61,267 bases of DNA. It comes from Hydrolagus affinis. Taxonomy: Eukaryota. Under the pieces are notes generated by a model. It was not told the DNA's origin. It ran no database searches and worked only from the letters and a program-made list of their open reading frames with translations. Positions 50,280 to 61,267 of this stretch are shown here, in pieces. The number at the start of each line of letters is the position of its first letter. The first letter of the stretch is position 1. The translations under genes were made by a program, and so were the position numbers. The stretch spans positions 1 through 61,267 of the forward strand of contig JAAILG010001832.1 in the NCBI GenBank assembly GCA_012026655.1, given 5' to 3'.

Positions 50280-50304
50280 ATTCTGGAATCTAGTGTGAAA
50301 ACTT

Positions 50305-50700
50305 TCAGTGTGGCTCAGTTCGTAGCACTCTCATCCCTTAGTCAGAAAGTTCATGCCCCAAGTAGTACCTTACAACAGATAAAGTCTAAGATGATACTGC
50401 AATGCTGCTCTAGGGGGGTGCTATATCCTGAAGGTATTTTCCTTAAATGAGTCATTAACCTGAGGCCCTGCCTGCCTGTTCAAGTGAATCCCATGGTAAT
50501 ATTGAAAAAGAGAAGACTGTTTCTCCTGGGCAACACCTCCCCAAAATAAAAATTGTCATTCGCTTAATCGCTATTTGTGGAACATTGTTATGCTCAAATT
50601 ATCCGCTGTGTTGTCCTCACACACAGAGTTGCTGCACTTTATAGAATATCCTGTGAAGCATTTTGCGGCATCCTCCTGACGTGAAAGGCGCTGTACCAAA
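50305..50700 (+). mobile_element. Old Deu-SINE
   Basis: GTGGCTCAGTTCGTAGCACTCTC head; GTGAAAGGCGCTGTA tail. Confidence 0.65.
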
Positions 50701-51402
50701 TATATACCAAAATGGGACCTGAACTCACAATCTCAGCGCTCCACAAAGTTTCTGTAAAGTGAAACAGTTTCATATTTGAAGGTGAGCAGGAGAGCTTTGG
50801 TAAAGCAAGCTCTCAATCTGATTTAATCCCACCCGACTAGAATACAATTTAGTTTGGGGCTCTACAATCGGCCTTGATTTAGGAACCAGAGTCTCTGATG
50901 CTTTCTATGATTCCCCGAGAAGTTGCATTTATGATGCCCTCATATGGAATACAAGATTTTGTTGTTGAATTAACTGGCAACAGTTCATGTCTACCATCAA
51001 ACAGTGGGCAAAGGATTGGAAGGGTGACTTGCCTTGGAGGAGGATCATCTGTATGTAGCTTACTCCTGGGGCACAGTTTGTGACGAAGCTCTGGGATATT
51101 TGGGGTTTATTTCCCTTTTACACCTTTTCAATCTCTCTCCGTCAGTAGCATTTCCTGTTTCCTTAGGTTTCTTTCCAGTCAATGTTTTGTGTCTGGCTCC
51201 CTGGTTGATTGTTTAAAAAGGAGAAGTGGAACAAAACGAGGAATTCTGACACATCTGGTTTGCAAACACTTTTTACGCTTGACCAGGATTTCTGCAAAGT
51301 GCCAACAGCTCTCCCATGCCCTCAAATCTGTGTGCTTGTTGCAGCCTCAATCTCTTTCACTGTGAATGTTAGCACATGAAAGTCGTAAACTGTTTTTTCT
51401 CT

Positions 51403-51590
51403 CAACAACAACAATAACAAAATGATATTTAAAGAGCGCCTTTCACTTCAGGAGGACATCGCAAGGCGCTGAACAGACAAGATTGTGTGGGGTGCAGGGT
51501 TACGATGAGGGAAGGCAGAGAGGTAGGATGGGAGCTGAAGCAGGGTCTTGAGACCGGCCTTGAAGAAGGCAAGGGAGGGAGTGAGGCGAT
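51403..51590 (-). mobile_element. L2 3' end fragment
   Basis: (CAA)n, GAGCGCCTTTCAC; FKAGLKT reading. Confidence 0.75.
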
Positions 51591-54294
51591 GTTTGTGTTT
51601 GTGGGCATTGATGTAAGCAAATTGTCTGCCACAAATCACCTGCAGCCTCTGGACTTTTACAAGAGTTTTGAGATGTTTCAATGATGTGTTAGGTGCTCTA
51701 TCCAATACAAAGATTATTATTTTTGATGTTGCAAAAAAAAAGGAGACAGGCACGAGATAAATAAAGACTGGCTGCAGTAGTGTGACCTCTGTCTGTGCCC
51801 CTGTTAGCAAGACATTGCCTTCACTTAATAAATAAAACCAGAATTAAACCATTATACCACTAACTGGCAATCCAATACCACTCATCACTAGCTGGCATTG
51901 GTCCATCAGCATCACGGTGGAGGTGGGAGCAGTGGGGGTCATTCCCATGCAGTGCCTTTAAGTATTGAATGCTTAGATAATTGGATAACTTTGGCTGATA
52001 AGTAGTACATCATTGGCAGTAGATTTACTGCCAGTAGATTTACTTTGGTCAGAGCCGACAAATCAGATTGTAGCACACTAAACGTCTGCAGACTAGAAGG
52101 TGTTAATTTCAGCTGTGCCAGCAGCTAGGAGGCTTCAATTGACTTTATAAACACAGGTAAAAACATCAACCCAAGTTCCTATCTCCAGATGACTGTTCCA
52201 GAGATCCTGCTATAAAATAAGTATGTTTGGGCAATGGGTAACGATACGATTGGGCCCAGCTTTGTTCTTCAGGATTTAAATGTCTGTTAATTCTCACTAT
52301 CAAAGTCTTGGAAATGAGACATGCAGTGTCAGGTGTGTGGTTTAGCTGGTTAATTTCCAGCAGAACCACATCAGGCCCTTTTTTAATCAGGTCCTCAAGC
52401 CTTGCTATTGCCACCCGGGGCCTAATATTTTCTATGATTGGGTAAGTAGAGTGTACAGATGGGGAGAGAGTGCACGTTCCATTCACAGAGTCACAGAAAA
52501 ATTTCCATACAGATTTGGAGGTCTCAGTTATTTGGTCTGGATACTCTTAAGCGTGGTGATGGATTTCTGCGTGATCAGGCATCTGGCTGATAAACCCCCC
52601 ACACCCACACACACACAGACACAATGAATGGACATTTGGACAAGGTACCAGGGCAACCAGTTGTGGAACCGCTTCTGAGTTTGAATTGGTGCTTTGAGAA
52701 CCTTCCTGCCCCTGCCCCTGGCTCGGTCCCGGGATCCGCTATTGTGAAGCGCTCTGAGACGCCGTCCGGCGTGGAGGGCGCTATTATTCTATACATCAAA
52801 GTTGTTGTTGAGAAATGGAGGAGGGAAGATACAGAAATGGCAAAGAGAATTAGTGAAGAAATAACCTCCGGTCCCAAGTGTGTTATCAAGGCTGCTCTCG
52901 TTGAAAGGAGCTTGAGGTTTGCCACCTCCCAATAGATTGACACCATGGAGACTGCTTTGTCTGCAGCTTAATTTTTGACTAATTTTTCTCCCAAGAACTG
53001 AGCCAAGCTCTTCACTGCACTCAAGCAGTACTCTGCCCCTCTCCCTTGCTTGGGTCCCGACCTGACTGTTCCACTCCTTGGGACGTCCTCCTGACGTGAA
53101 ACACACTCTATAAATCTTGTTAACATTATTAACAAGTATAAATGTAATTTTGTTTATGTTAGCATTTGTATTAAGGACTATTTAAGCATTATTAAGATTT
53201 TTCTGCGCACAGAATTAGAGAGGCTAACAATGTACAATATAAAATATTCAGCTCCAGGGGTATATAAACCCAGGAAGGGTCAGCGTGATGTAATCCTGAT
53301 CTATCTTCAATATGTTTTCTGTCCCCAGGTGTGAGGGCTTGTAATGACCACTCAGGGATAAAATGCCACCAGCGTCTGAAAAGATAACCATTAATTGTGA
53401 GCTTTATTCTGCACGTTTTGAACAGCCTTAGCTGTTTATTGGGCAAGATTGGAGGATGGTACCTGAAGCTGTTAATCACTCATGACCTCCAGTCACAATG
53501 TGAGAGTTACTGACCTCTGGTGAAATTGCAGTACACCAGTGTATTAACATGCTCTGTAATTTTACTCAGCAAATTGAATGTTGTCTATTCCCCCAAGCAC
53601 CCTGGTTCAATGACATGTTAAGTTTTTTAAGGGGGTTGGAGTCAGAACATCCTCTACAAAATCTTGGTACACTTCAGCAAGAACGAGCTATGTACAGGTA
53701 CAAACATAACTCTGGGTAATAATAGTTAGCAGCCGTGCAGTTCCAAACCATTAATTCAATTGAGTATTTCTGATATAAAATATATATAACAACAAATTAC
53801 ATTTATAGAGCGCCTTTCACGTCGGGAGGACGTCCCAAGGCGCTGGTTTCTTACAATTCGTTGTTTCTTACAACCACATACTGTATAGTTCACTTAAAAA
53901 AGAAAAGTTCATCTTTGAGTTTTCCAATAGTTCTGTCGACTGGCTTCCGGGCACTTTGAATGTGCTTGAGATTTTGTCGAAAAGTCAAAGGTTAAGAAAG
54001 CTTGTTCAGCTGTCGGACCTGAAAGTTGATGGGTTATAAACCCATCATGTTTCCCAACCATACATTACCAGATGACACTGCACAGGGTACTCTCTCCCTG
54101 TATATAAATGTAGAATCACATTATGTCTCTGCTGCCAGGATATGTACCAGATTTGGCGTCAATTTGATAAGCATTATTGCCTCTCAGTCAGAAGGTTGTG
54201 GGTTTAAGCATCATGTCAAAGGCTTTGAACTCACAAGTTGGGCTGCTTTGGAAGCATGGCATTGCTCAAGGTACAGTCCTTTAGTTAAGATATT

Positions 54295-54609
54295 ATAATA
54301 AATAATCCTTGCATTTGAAATAGCGCTTTTCATGTTTTCTAGACGTGCCAAAGCACTTCACAGAATATACTGTGAAGTGAATTGACTGTATAGTTGTGTG
54401 CTAAATGCAGCAGCCAATTGCACACAGCAGTGTCCCACAAACAGCCGTGCATTGAAATCACCAATTTTTTTAAAAAAAATTGAGGGATTATTATTAAGCT
54501 TGTGGAGTAAGAAAACTTGCCCAAGGTTTCTCCCTGACCTGCCTGGATTCGAACACAGGTCTCACGCTTGTAAGGCAAGTGCTCTAACCACTGAGCTACA
54601 GGACTCCAC
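54295..54609 (-). mobile_element. Full-length tRNA-Deu SINE nested in an antisense old Deu-SINE (54160-54850), TSD ATATTA
   Basis: ATATTA on both sides; the host resumes at CTGAGGTC...TAGATCCCATGGGAACTATTCAAA. Confidence 0.85.
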
Positions 54610-56287
54610 AATATTACACTGAGGTCTGCTCGGGTCACCATTATAGATCCCATGGGAACTATTCAAACGGAGACGGAAGTTTCTTCCAGTCCTCCGGATA
54701 AAATTTGTTAATTTACTTCATTGAGGTCTGCGTTACTGTGCGCAAGTTGGCTGCTGTGGCTGTCAACTAATATAACCATAACAGCAATCACCTGTGAAAT
54801 CATTTGAGATGTTTATAGGTGCTGTATCGATTGTAATGATTATTATTCTTTACGCAGTAAACATCTGGAAAGATAGAGACCTGATGTTTATGTGTATGAC
54901 TAATAAAATAGACGTGCCTGTTCCAGTTTGAGAGAGTTCTCTTAGATAATCAGTAAGAATAGATAATAGGGTATTTGCTCAGTTGGTAGCATCTTTAACC
55001 CTGCCCCCTCCCACCTAGGCTTTGAATTCGCAGTCTAGGTTGACAGTGCAGTGTTGGGGTAGCTATGTATTTTCGGAAGTGTCATCCTTTGAATTTTGAG
55101 TTTCTCCCAGGGTCCTAGCCAACAATCCTCCAGATAAAATTGGTCATTCATTCTACAATAAAATCCTGTGCAATGCTTTGATAACACGATGAAGCATTAT
55201 ATAAATTTATTTTGATTATAGTTAACATAGTTTAAAAAATCTCCTTACCTGTTTAATTTCGGGGTGATTTGTTAGGGGAAAAGAGTTAAAGCATTCTGTA
55301 TGTGTTTCAGTGGCTGACCAAAAATACTGGCATCAAATTACTCTTCACGAAAGCTTGATGTTTAACAAAACTGTAAAAAGTCGGATTCTATCCAGACATC
55401 TGCAGTTGAATAACAAAGACATCTCTGATCAGAACTAAAATTCTCTGAGCTTCCTATAATAATAATCCTTGCGTTTAGTATTGTGCCTTTCACATCTCCT
55501 AAGTGCTTCACATGATTTACTGTAAAGTGTAATGACTGTGTACAAGTAATGGAACAGAGCAGTTCATTTGCGCACAGCAATATCCCACAAGTGGGTGAAA
55601 AAAATGACCAATTTTATTTGGGGATTGTTGACTAGTGCAAAACTGGTGGTATCAGTGTATGTGTATTTGGCATTATAAAGCAGTTAGCAACATTTTCCTT
55701 GGAAACAATCAGCCAATTACATGATACTGTACTAAACTGCATTTCTATGAAGAACACAATTCAGGGTTACAGTGGAAAATAAGTGATGCCATTTACTGAC
55801 CTTTTAAATATTATTCAAACTTTTGAGGGAAAAAAAGGTATTTCGGTATTCTTAGAAGCAGGGGTCAAAAATGCAATGTTTCATAACTGATTTACTGTAA
55901 TGTGATGTGTTATGAATCTCACATTTTTCACTCCTGTTCTTACTCTTATTACTCTACTACTTACTTATTTTGTTCAATGTGTACACTGTCTCTTCCCTAG
56001 CCATTGCTGGCATTGAATTGTGAGACATAGACCGATCCATCATCACAAGTATTTGCTACTCTGTGATATTTCTTTTTCACTTACTGGCTCCACAGAAGAT
56101 AAAAGGCTTTGCTTCTTGTTAGCTCTGCACCTCCTGGTCTGACAAAGAAATGCCAAAAGACAGGCAGCCCACGTTGAGCAGTCTGAGTGCCACAGTGCAT
56201 GTTTGAGGCTTGAGCCTCAAATGTACAATTTGCCTCTGGGTCAATAGTCTGTTAGTTCAAACCTTACATCGTTACTTGAGCTCACTT

Positions 56288-57160
56288 GTGGAGTCTGTAG
56301 CTCAGTGGTTAGAGCACTCGCCTCAAAAGCGAGAGACCTGGGTTTGATTCCTGGCAGGGCGAAACCTCAGGCAAGTTTCCTTACATCACCCAACTGACGA
56401 GAATCCCTCAAGAAAAAAACAATAATAATGAAGTTGATCACTTCATTCCATGATTGTTTGTGGCTAGGGTCCAGAGATATATCGATATATCGGTTATATC
56501 CGATATAATTTTCATATCGATATGCTGATATCGGAATTTAAAATATATCGATATATCTAACAATTCGATATATCGAAAAAAATCGATATATCGCAAATAT
56601 CGATATATTATGTCCGGCGATATATCGGTATAATGCGGACTTTTTCAACTTACCTCGTCAATATCCGAAAGCGCGCGCATGCGCAGGACAAAAAAAAACG
56701 CGATATCGATATATAGAAAAAAAAACATCGGTATATGTCGATATGGGCAAACCGATATATCGATATCGGAAAATTTCCATATCGATGGACCCTATTTGTG
56801 GGACACTGCTGTGTGTAATTGGCTGCCGCGTTTCATCCACAAATATAGTCAGTTTACTTTACAGTATATTCTGTGAAGTGCTTTGAGATGTTTAGAAGAC
56901 GTGAATAGCGCTATAATAATAATACTAATCCTTGCATTTGATATAGCGCTTTTCACTTAAAATCATCGGCGTCTTTTTCTAGGTGTCTCCAGGCGCTTCA
57001 CAGAATATATCGTGAAGTGAATTGACTATATACTTTTGTGGGCGAAACGCAAAAAATTGCACACATCAGCGTCCCACAAACAGTCATGGGTTGAAATGAC
57101 CGATTTTATTATTGTGCTTTTTTTGGGAGGTATCAAATATATCAAAAGATTTATTATTAT
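56288..57160 (+). mobile_element. tRNA-Deu SINE interrupted twice (hAT MITE at 56465-56794; antisense SINE at ~56915-57130)
   Basis: Head 56288-56464, core 56795-56914, residual tail ATCAAAT...GATTTATTATTAT after 57130. Confidence 0.82.
56465..56794. mobile_element. Non-autonomous hAT (Ac-like) DNA transposon/MITE, 330 bp
   Basis: TIRs TAGGGTCCAGAGATAT / TAGGGTCCATCGATAT (14 of 16 match); 8-bp TSD TTTGTGGC (56457-56464) / TTTGTGGG (56795-56802); many ATCGAT/CGATAT subterminal repeats. Confidence 0.88.
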
Positions 57161-59287
57161 AGTCCAGGCTGCCTCTCCTTGAAGCATTGGGGGAATTGCT
57201 ACATCGTCAAGGGGTGTATTTTGGATGAGATATTGAGCTTAGGTCCCAACTCAAGTGGACATTAAACCAAAGCTATGTTTTTAAAAGTTGAGTATGTTGC
57301 ATCCAGGTAAATTAGTCCATCACCTTCTGTTTGTGAGAACTTGCAGAGTTCAAACTGCTTGCCACGTTTGCCTACATAAAAACAGTTGTTACACTTGAGG
57401 GTAATTACTTTGCAAGGTGCTTCAAAATGTATTGAGGTGTTAAGGTGCTATAAAAAACATAACTTTTGTTTCCTCCTGGGAGCCACGTGATCAGTTACCT
57501 CTCAGCAACTCAGCCGACCTGCTAAACTCACTTGTAACTGGGAAGAAATCTTCACTGCTACCAAATATAACATGAGGTGCAAGTTAGTTAGTGTTGCCAG
57601 AATAGGAATTCACAAGCAGGAAAGTTAAGTAAACACCATTCTATGCAAGTGTGCCTTACAACCACAAAAGTGAGTTTTAAAATGATTTTGTGAATCAATC
57701 GGTGCCTTGCCTGGCAGCCTGGAATATTCTCAACCAGGATTTTTTTGTTTCCTTAATGATATAAGAAATGGGATGCACTGTCCCTAAGTACATATTGGCT
57801 TAGTTAATCAAGACCAGCTAGTCGAATGACATGGCTGCTGATATTGCTGACATGTTTTTCATTGCCAGCTTCCATTGCCCCAGGTCCAGTTTCACAGATG
57901 CCGTGGATTTTAAATCGTTAGATCCCACCACCTATTTTGTGCTTTTTCAGTCTTGAGGAGGAAATGCTCACTGCGGGAACTTCAGCAAGAAACCTTCTCC
58001 CAATTTCTGAATTCACATGAAAATGTTCTTCACAAAACACGAGAGGGAGGGAGCTTCATTCACACAGCCAGGATCATTTATGAGCCACTCTGTGGCGTTT
58101 ACAATAGTCCACGGACAAACCGAGCATCAATATCGACTGGATGGTTGGATGATATCAGGCAGGTTCCTGTCTCTGATTGCTGTCAAGTGTAACTTGCTGG
58201 GAATTGTGCCTGTATGTATATAAACAGACAGGATAAGACTTAGTTGCATTGTGAATTGCTTGTCGACCCTCACATCCATGGGACTATTCTTTAACAAGAG
58301 GAGGAGAACAGAAAGTTGGAAGAGGGATTATGTTTTTTTATTAAAAAAAAGCTCCCCCTTGGGCCATTGGGCGAGGAAATGAGTAAAATAGACGAAAATG
58401 TTTCCCTGTTGTTTAATGGTGTGAGGACCCCGCTCATTTCCTGGGAATAGTCATTGCTGCCAAGTTGAGTTGCCGAGGCTTTCCCCAGGGAGCCACTCAG
58501 GAAAGGATGTGAAATGAACTCGGAATAAACTCGGGGGAACACGGAGGAGGCATTGATGCAGATTTGGATCTGTTGTGTTATGGTGGAAGTGGTTGCTGAG
58601 ATTTCTTTGTGCTCTCACAGGTTTAATTACTGAATACTGTATTAAATGCTGCTCTACTAGGGGAGGACAAATTTGTTTATAACCAGATATTTCTGTTAAA
58701 TCCACTTTTTTTCTTCTCACCAATTCTTGCCTTTAGTTTTTCCCTCTCTCTCCCTACCCCACTTGGCTCCTTTTGCCTTCCACTGGGGTAGAATTCCAAA
58801 GTACCAGGGATCTTATCCAAATGGCCAGGATTTAGGTGTGAGCTTTGATGGTGAGTGACACTAGCCTAGCCAAGGTCTATCCTGTAACATGATTAATTTA
58901 GGTAAATTAAAATAATGGCACTCTGCACTCTCTCTATCTCTCTCACACACACACTAGACACGTGCTCACACTTGCACATGCAGATATAAAGACATTTACA
59001 CACACATGCCCATAGATACACACATGTGGATACACACATAGACACACGCTTATGTGCACATAGATATGTCAGGTGATTCGTTTAGAACCATCATTGCTTC
59101 AAAACAGGAGCTTGTCGAAGACTGACGTATTGATAACACCCTTTGAAATCCACTAACAGAGACCAGCCTGAGAGCAGCTAGACTGAGAGCAGCTGGACTG
59201 TGCAAAACATTGCTCTACAATCGAGTGTTTTCTGGAATGGCCTCCTATTCTCAATACCACAAATTAAAAGTACAGTGTAGCCAACAC

Positions 59288-59795
59288 AAGAACATAAGAA
59301 TTAGGAGCAGGAGTAGGCCATTCAGCCCCTTGAGCTTGCCCCGCCATTCAATAAGATAATGGCTGATCTTCTGACCTAACTCCACCTATCCACCTAAGAT
59401 TCTTAAGGGGCTGGATAAAGTAGACACTGAGGGACTGTTTCCCCTGCTAGGAGAATCTATAACCAGGGGTCACAGTCTTAAAATTAAGAGTCAGCCTTTT
59501 AGAACAGAGTTGAGGAAACATTTCTTCACTCAGAGGGTAGTGACCTGGGTCACTACCCAGAAGGCTGTAGATGCTCAGTCCTTGAACATTTTCAAGGCTG
59601 AGACTGATAGATTTTTTTTTAAAAATGGATCATTAGGGGATATGGGGATGGGACAGGTAATTAGAGTTAGGTCAGAAGATCAGCCATGATCTTATCAAAT
59701 GACAGAGCAGGCTCGAGGGGCTGAATGGCCTACTCCTGCTCCTAATTCTGATTCTTATCCCCCATATCCCTTAATCCCTTTATCCACAAGAAATC
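59288..59795 (-). mobile_element. CR1 3' end (minus strand) split by a plus-strand CR1
   Basis: AAGAACATAAGAATTAGGAGCAGGAGTAGGCCATTCAGCCC start; resumes as CCCATATCCCTTAATCCC after 59760. Confidence 0.8.
59397..59757 (+). mobile_element. Young CR1 3' end
   Basis: Matches 49926-50279. Confidence 0.88.
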
Positions 59796-60867
59796 TTCCT
59801 GAAGGAACCGTGTGCCCAACACACCTTCCTGTGAGGGGTAGAGACTGAAGGGATGGCCACCAATGGATGGGAAGAGGGACTAGCAGTCATTGTGGCTCAC
59901 CCAAATGGCCGTTGTTTCTGTGTAAGTGGAAGCGGTGTCAGCAGTCAGTCTTGATAGAAGTGCTCAGGGTTGTACTGTAATATACAGCAACTTGTGAAAA
60001 TGATTTCTAAATATTGAATCCTGAGCCCCACCTCAGTTATCCTCCACCAATATTCGTGTATGCACTTTCTAGCAGGGGTCACTAGATACCTATCAGGGAG
60101 TGGGCATGCTAGCTCATTTCTCTGATACAGGGGTACAGACATCAGTTCCAATGTGCTTCCTATCGCCTTGGCTGAGATCAGCCAACTCAGCACAAAAACC
60201 TGGGAGCTTCCAGCTACGTGTGTGTCTGAATGCCACACCTGGGGTTGGATTGTAGATTCTCTGGTCTCCAAAGCTCCCCGGAAAGTTCACCGTTTTTACA
60301 AGAGGAAGTTTTTCTTCGAGTTAGTTCCACAATTTCTCTCTTTTCACTTGTGCCCTGAGTTGTGCTGCCATGGTAACAAAATAAACGTGAGAGCGATCCT
60401 TTGAACCACCCACCCCACCCCCCCTCCCTCATGAATCATGTAAATAAGGTGAAGGAAGAAAGAAACACTTGGCAGAGTTTCCAAGGTTCATAAATTTTGA
60501 GGATCCCGATGTAAGACCCAGGCACTTGAAGTTGTATGAATCAAGCTTTTTGATCCAGATCTGCCTGTTGAAAACTATTTTCGATGCCAACAGAATACTG
60601 TATATTCCCCCCAAAACATAATTGACAAGGCTGCTGAAAACATTGGTCAAAAGTTGAAAACACTTTGTGTGTGTGTGTGTATTTGTGTGTGTTTGTGCAT
60701 ATGTTTGCTTTTGTGTGTGTTCTGTGGGTGTGTGTGTGTTATTATTAACTCCAATCTGATGTATAGTGCCCCAAATCTCTCATCATGGAAAGTGCACTAA
60801 AACTTACTACAGTACAACTTTCTTCTGGACTACAAGATGCTTCAACGATTTCACAGTATTTTGCATA

Positions 60868-61267
60868 TATCAATCAATCAATCAGTCAGTCAGTCAATCA
60901 ATCGATCGATCAAAACTTAATTTATATAGCGCCTTTCGTGTCAAGAGGACGTCCCAAGACAACAACAACAACAAATTACATTTATAGAGCGCCTTTCACG
61001 TCGGGAGGATGTCCCAAGGCGCTGCACAGGATGCGTGTGACCCGAGCTGGGAGGGGAATGTACGGGAAGGGGTGAAACACGTAGGGGAGGTCGAAAAATT
61101 CGGGGGGGAACAAAAGGCACGGTCGAAGAGGAAAGTCTTCAAACCGGCCTTGAAAGAGGAAAGGGAAGAAACGAGACGGAGGGATTGGGGGATGGAAATC
61201 CATAGGGTCGGGGCAGAAAAACTGAAGGCCCGGCCTCCGATGGTGGGGCGGTTCAGGCGGGGGGGCT
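60868..61267 (-). mobile_element. Tandem L2-type tails: (GATT)n type (60868-60960), then (GTT)n-type L2 with ORF2 end running off the window
   Basis: TTTATATAGCGCCTTTC...GGACGTCCCAAG twice; GGCACGGTCGAAGAGGAAAGTCTTCAAACCGGCCTTGAAAG as in 5870-5910. Confidence 0.85.

Noticed and set aside
56465-56794. CRISPR-like or bacterial-contaminant interpretation of the ATCGAT repeat cluster
   Set aside because: No constant repeat-spacer period; bounded by TIRs and a TSD within a host SINE
52013-59193. Small hairpins and tandem duplications (52013-52045, 56202-56221, 59168-59200)
   Set aside because: Stems of 9 bp or less, or two-copy 13-15-mers, are expected by chance or replication slippage
34969-61267. 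Further MAML2 exons (exon 3 onward), and exon 1 upstream
   Set aside because: No ORF with MAML-like sequence is visible; they presumably lie outside the window, though a small exon could be missed by eye

Overview
Eukaryotic (vertebrate) genomic DNA, most likely a cartilaginous fish. The dominant tRNA/Deu-domain SINE resembles, from memory, the holocephalan (elephant shark/chimaera) SINE; this is inference, not a database result. The window lies inside a MAML2 (mastermind-like 2, Notch co-activator) gene on the + strand. It holds one large coding exon (33520-34968, 483 codons, equivalent to human exon 2, with a Q9 CAG tract), flanked by >33 kb of upstream and >26 kb of downstream intron. The introns are full of retroposon debris: young and old tRNA-Deu SINEs, L2 and CR1 LINE 3' ends, and an ancient SINE-like family. 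They also contain DNA-transposon MITEs, microsatellites and a 100-N gap. The most notable non-genic signals are: (1) two ~104-bp pre-miRNA/MITE-like hairpins 677 bp apart with an invariant 3' arm; (2) a Penelope-type minimal hammerhead ribozyme motif in the sense strand of the intron; (3) a CpG-rich 330-bp hAT-type MITE with TIRs and an 8-bp TSD inside a SINE; (4) repeated antisense nesting of retroposons into their own relatives; (5) a mosaic Deu-core/L2-tail/(GATT)n retroposon present twice. Apart from the MAML2 exon and a few LINE fragments, the short ORFs in the track are spurious.
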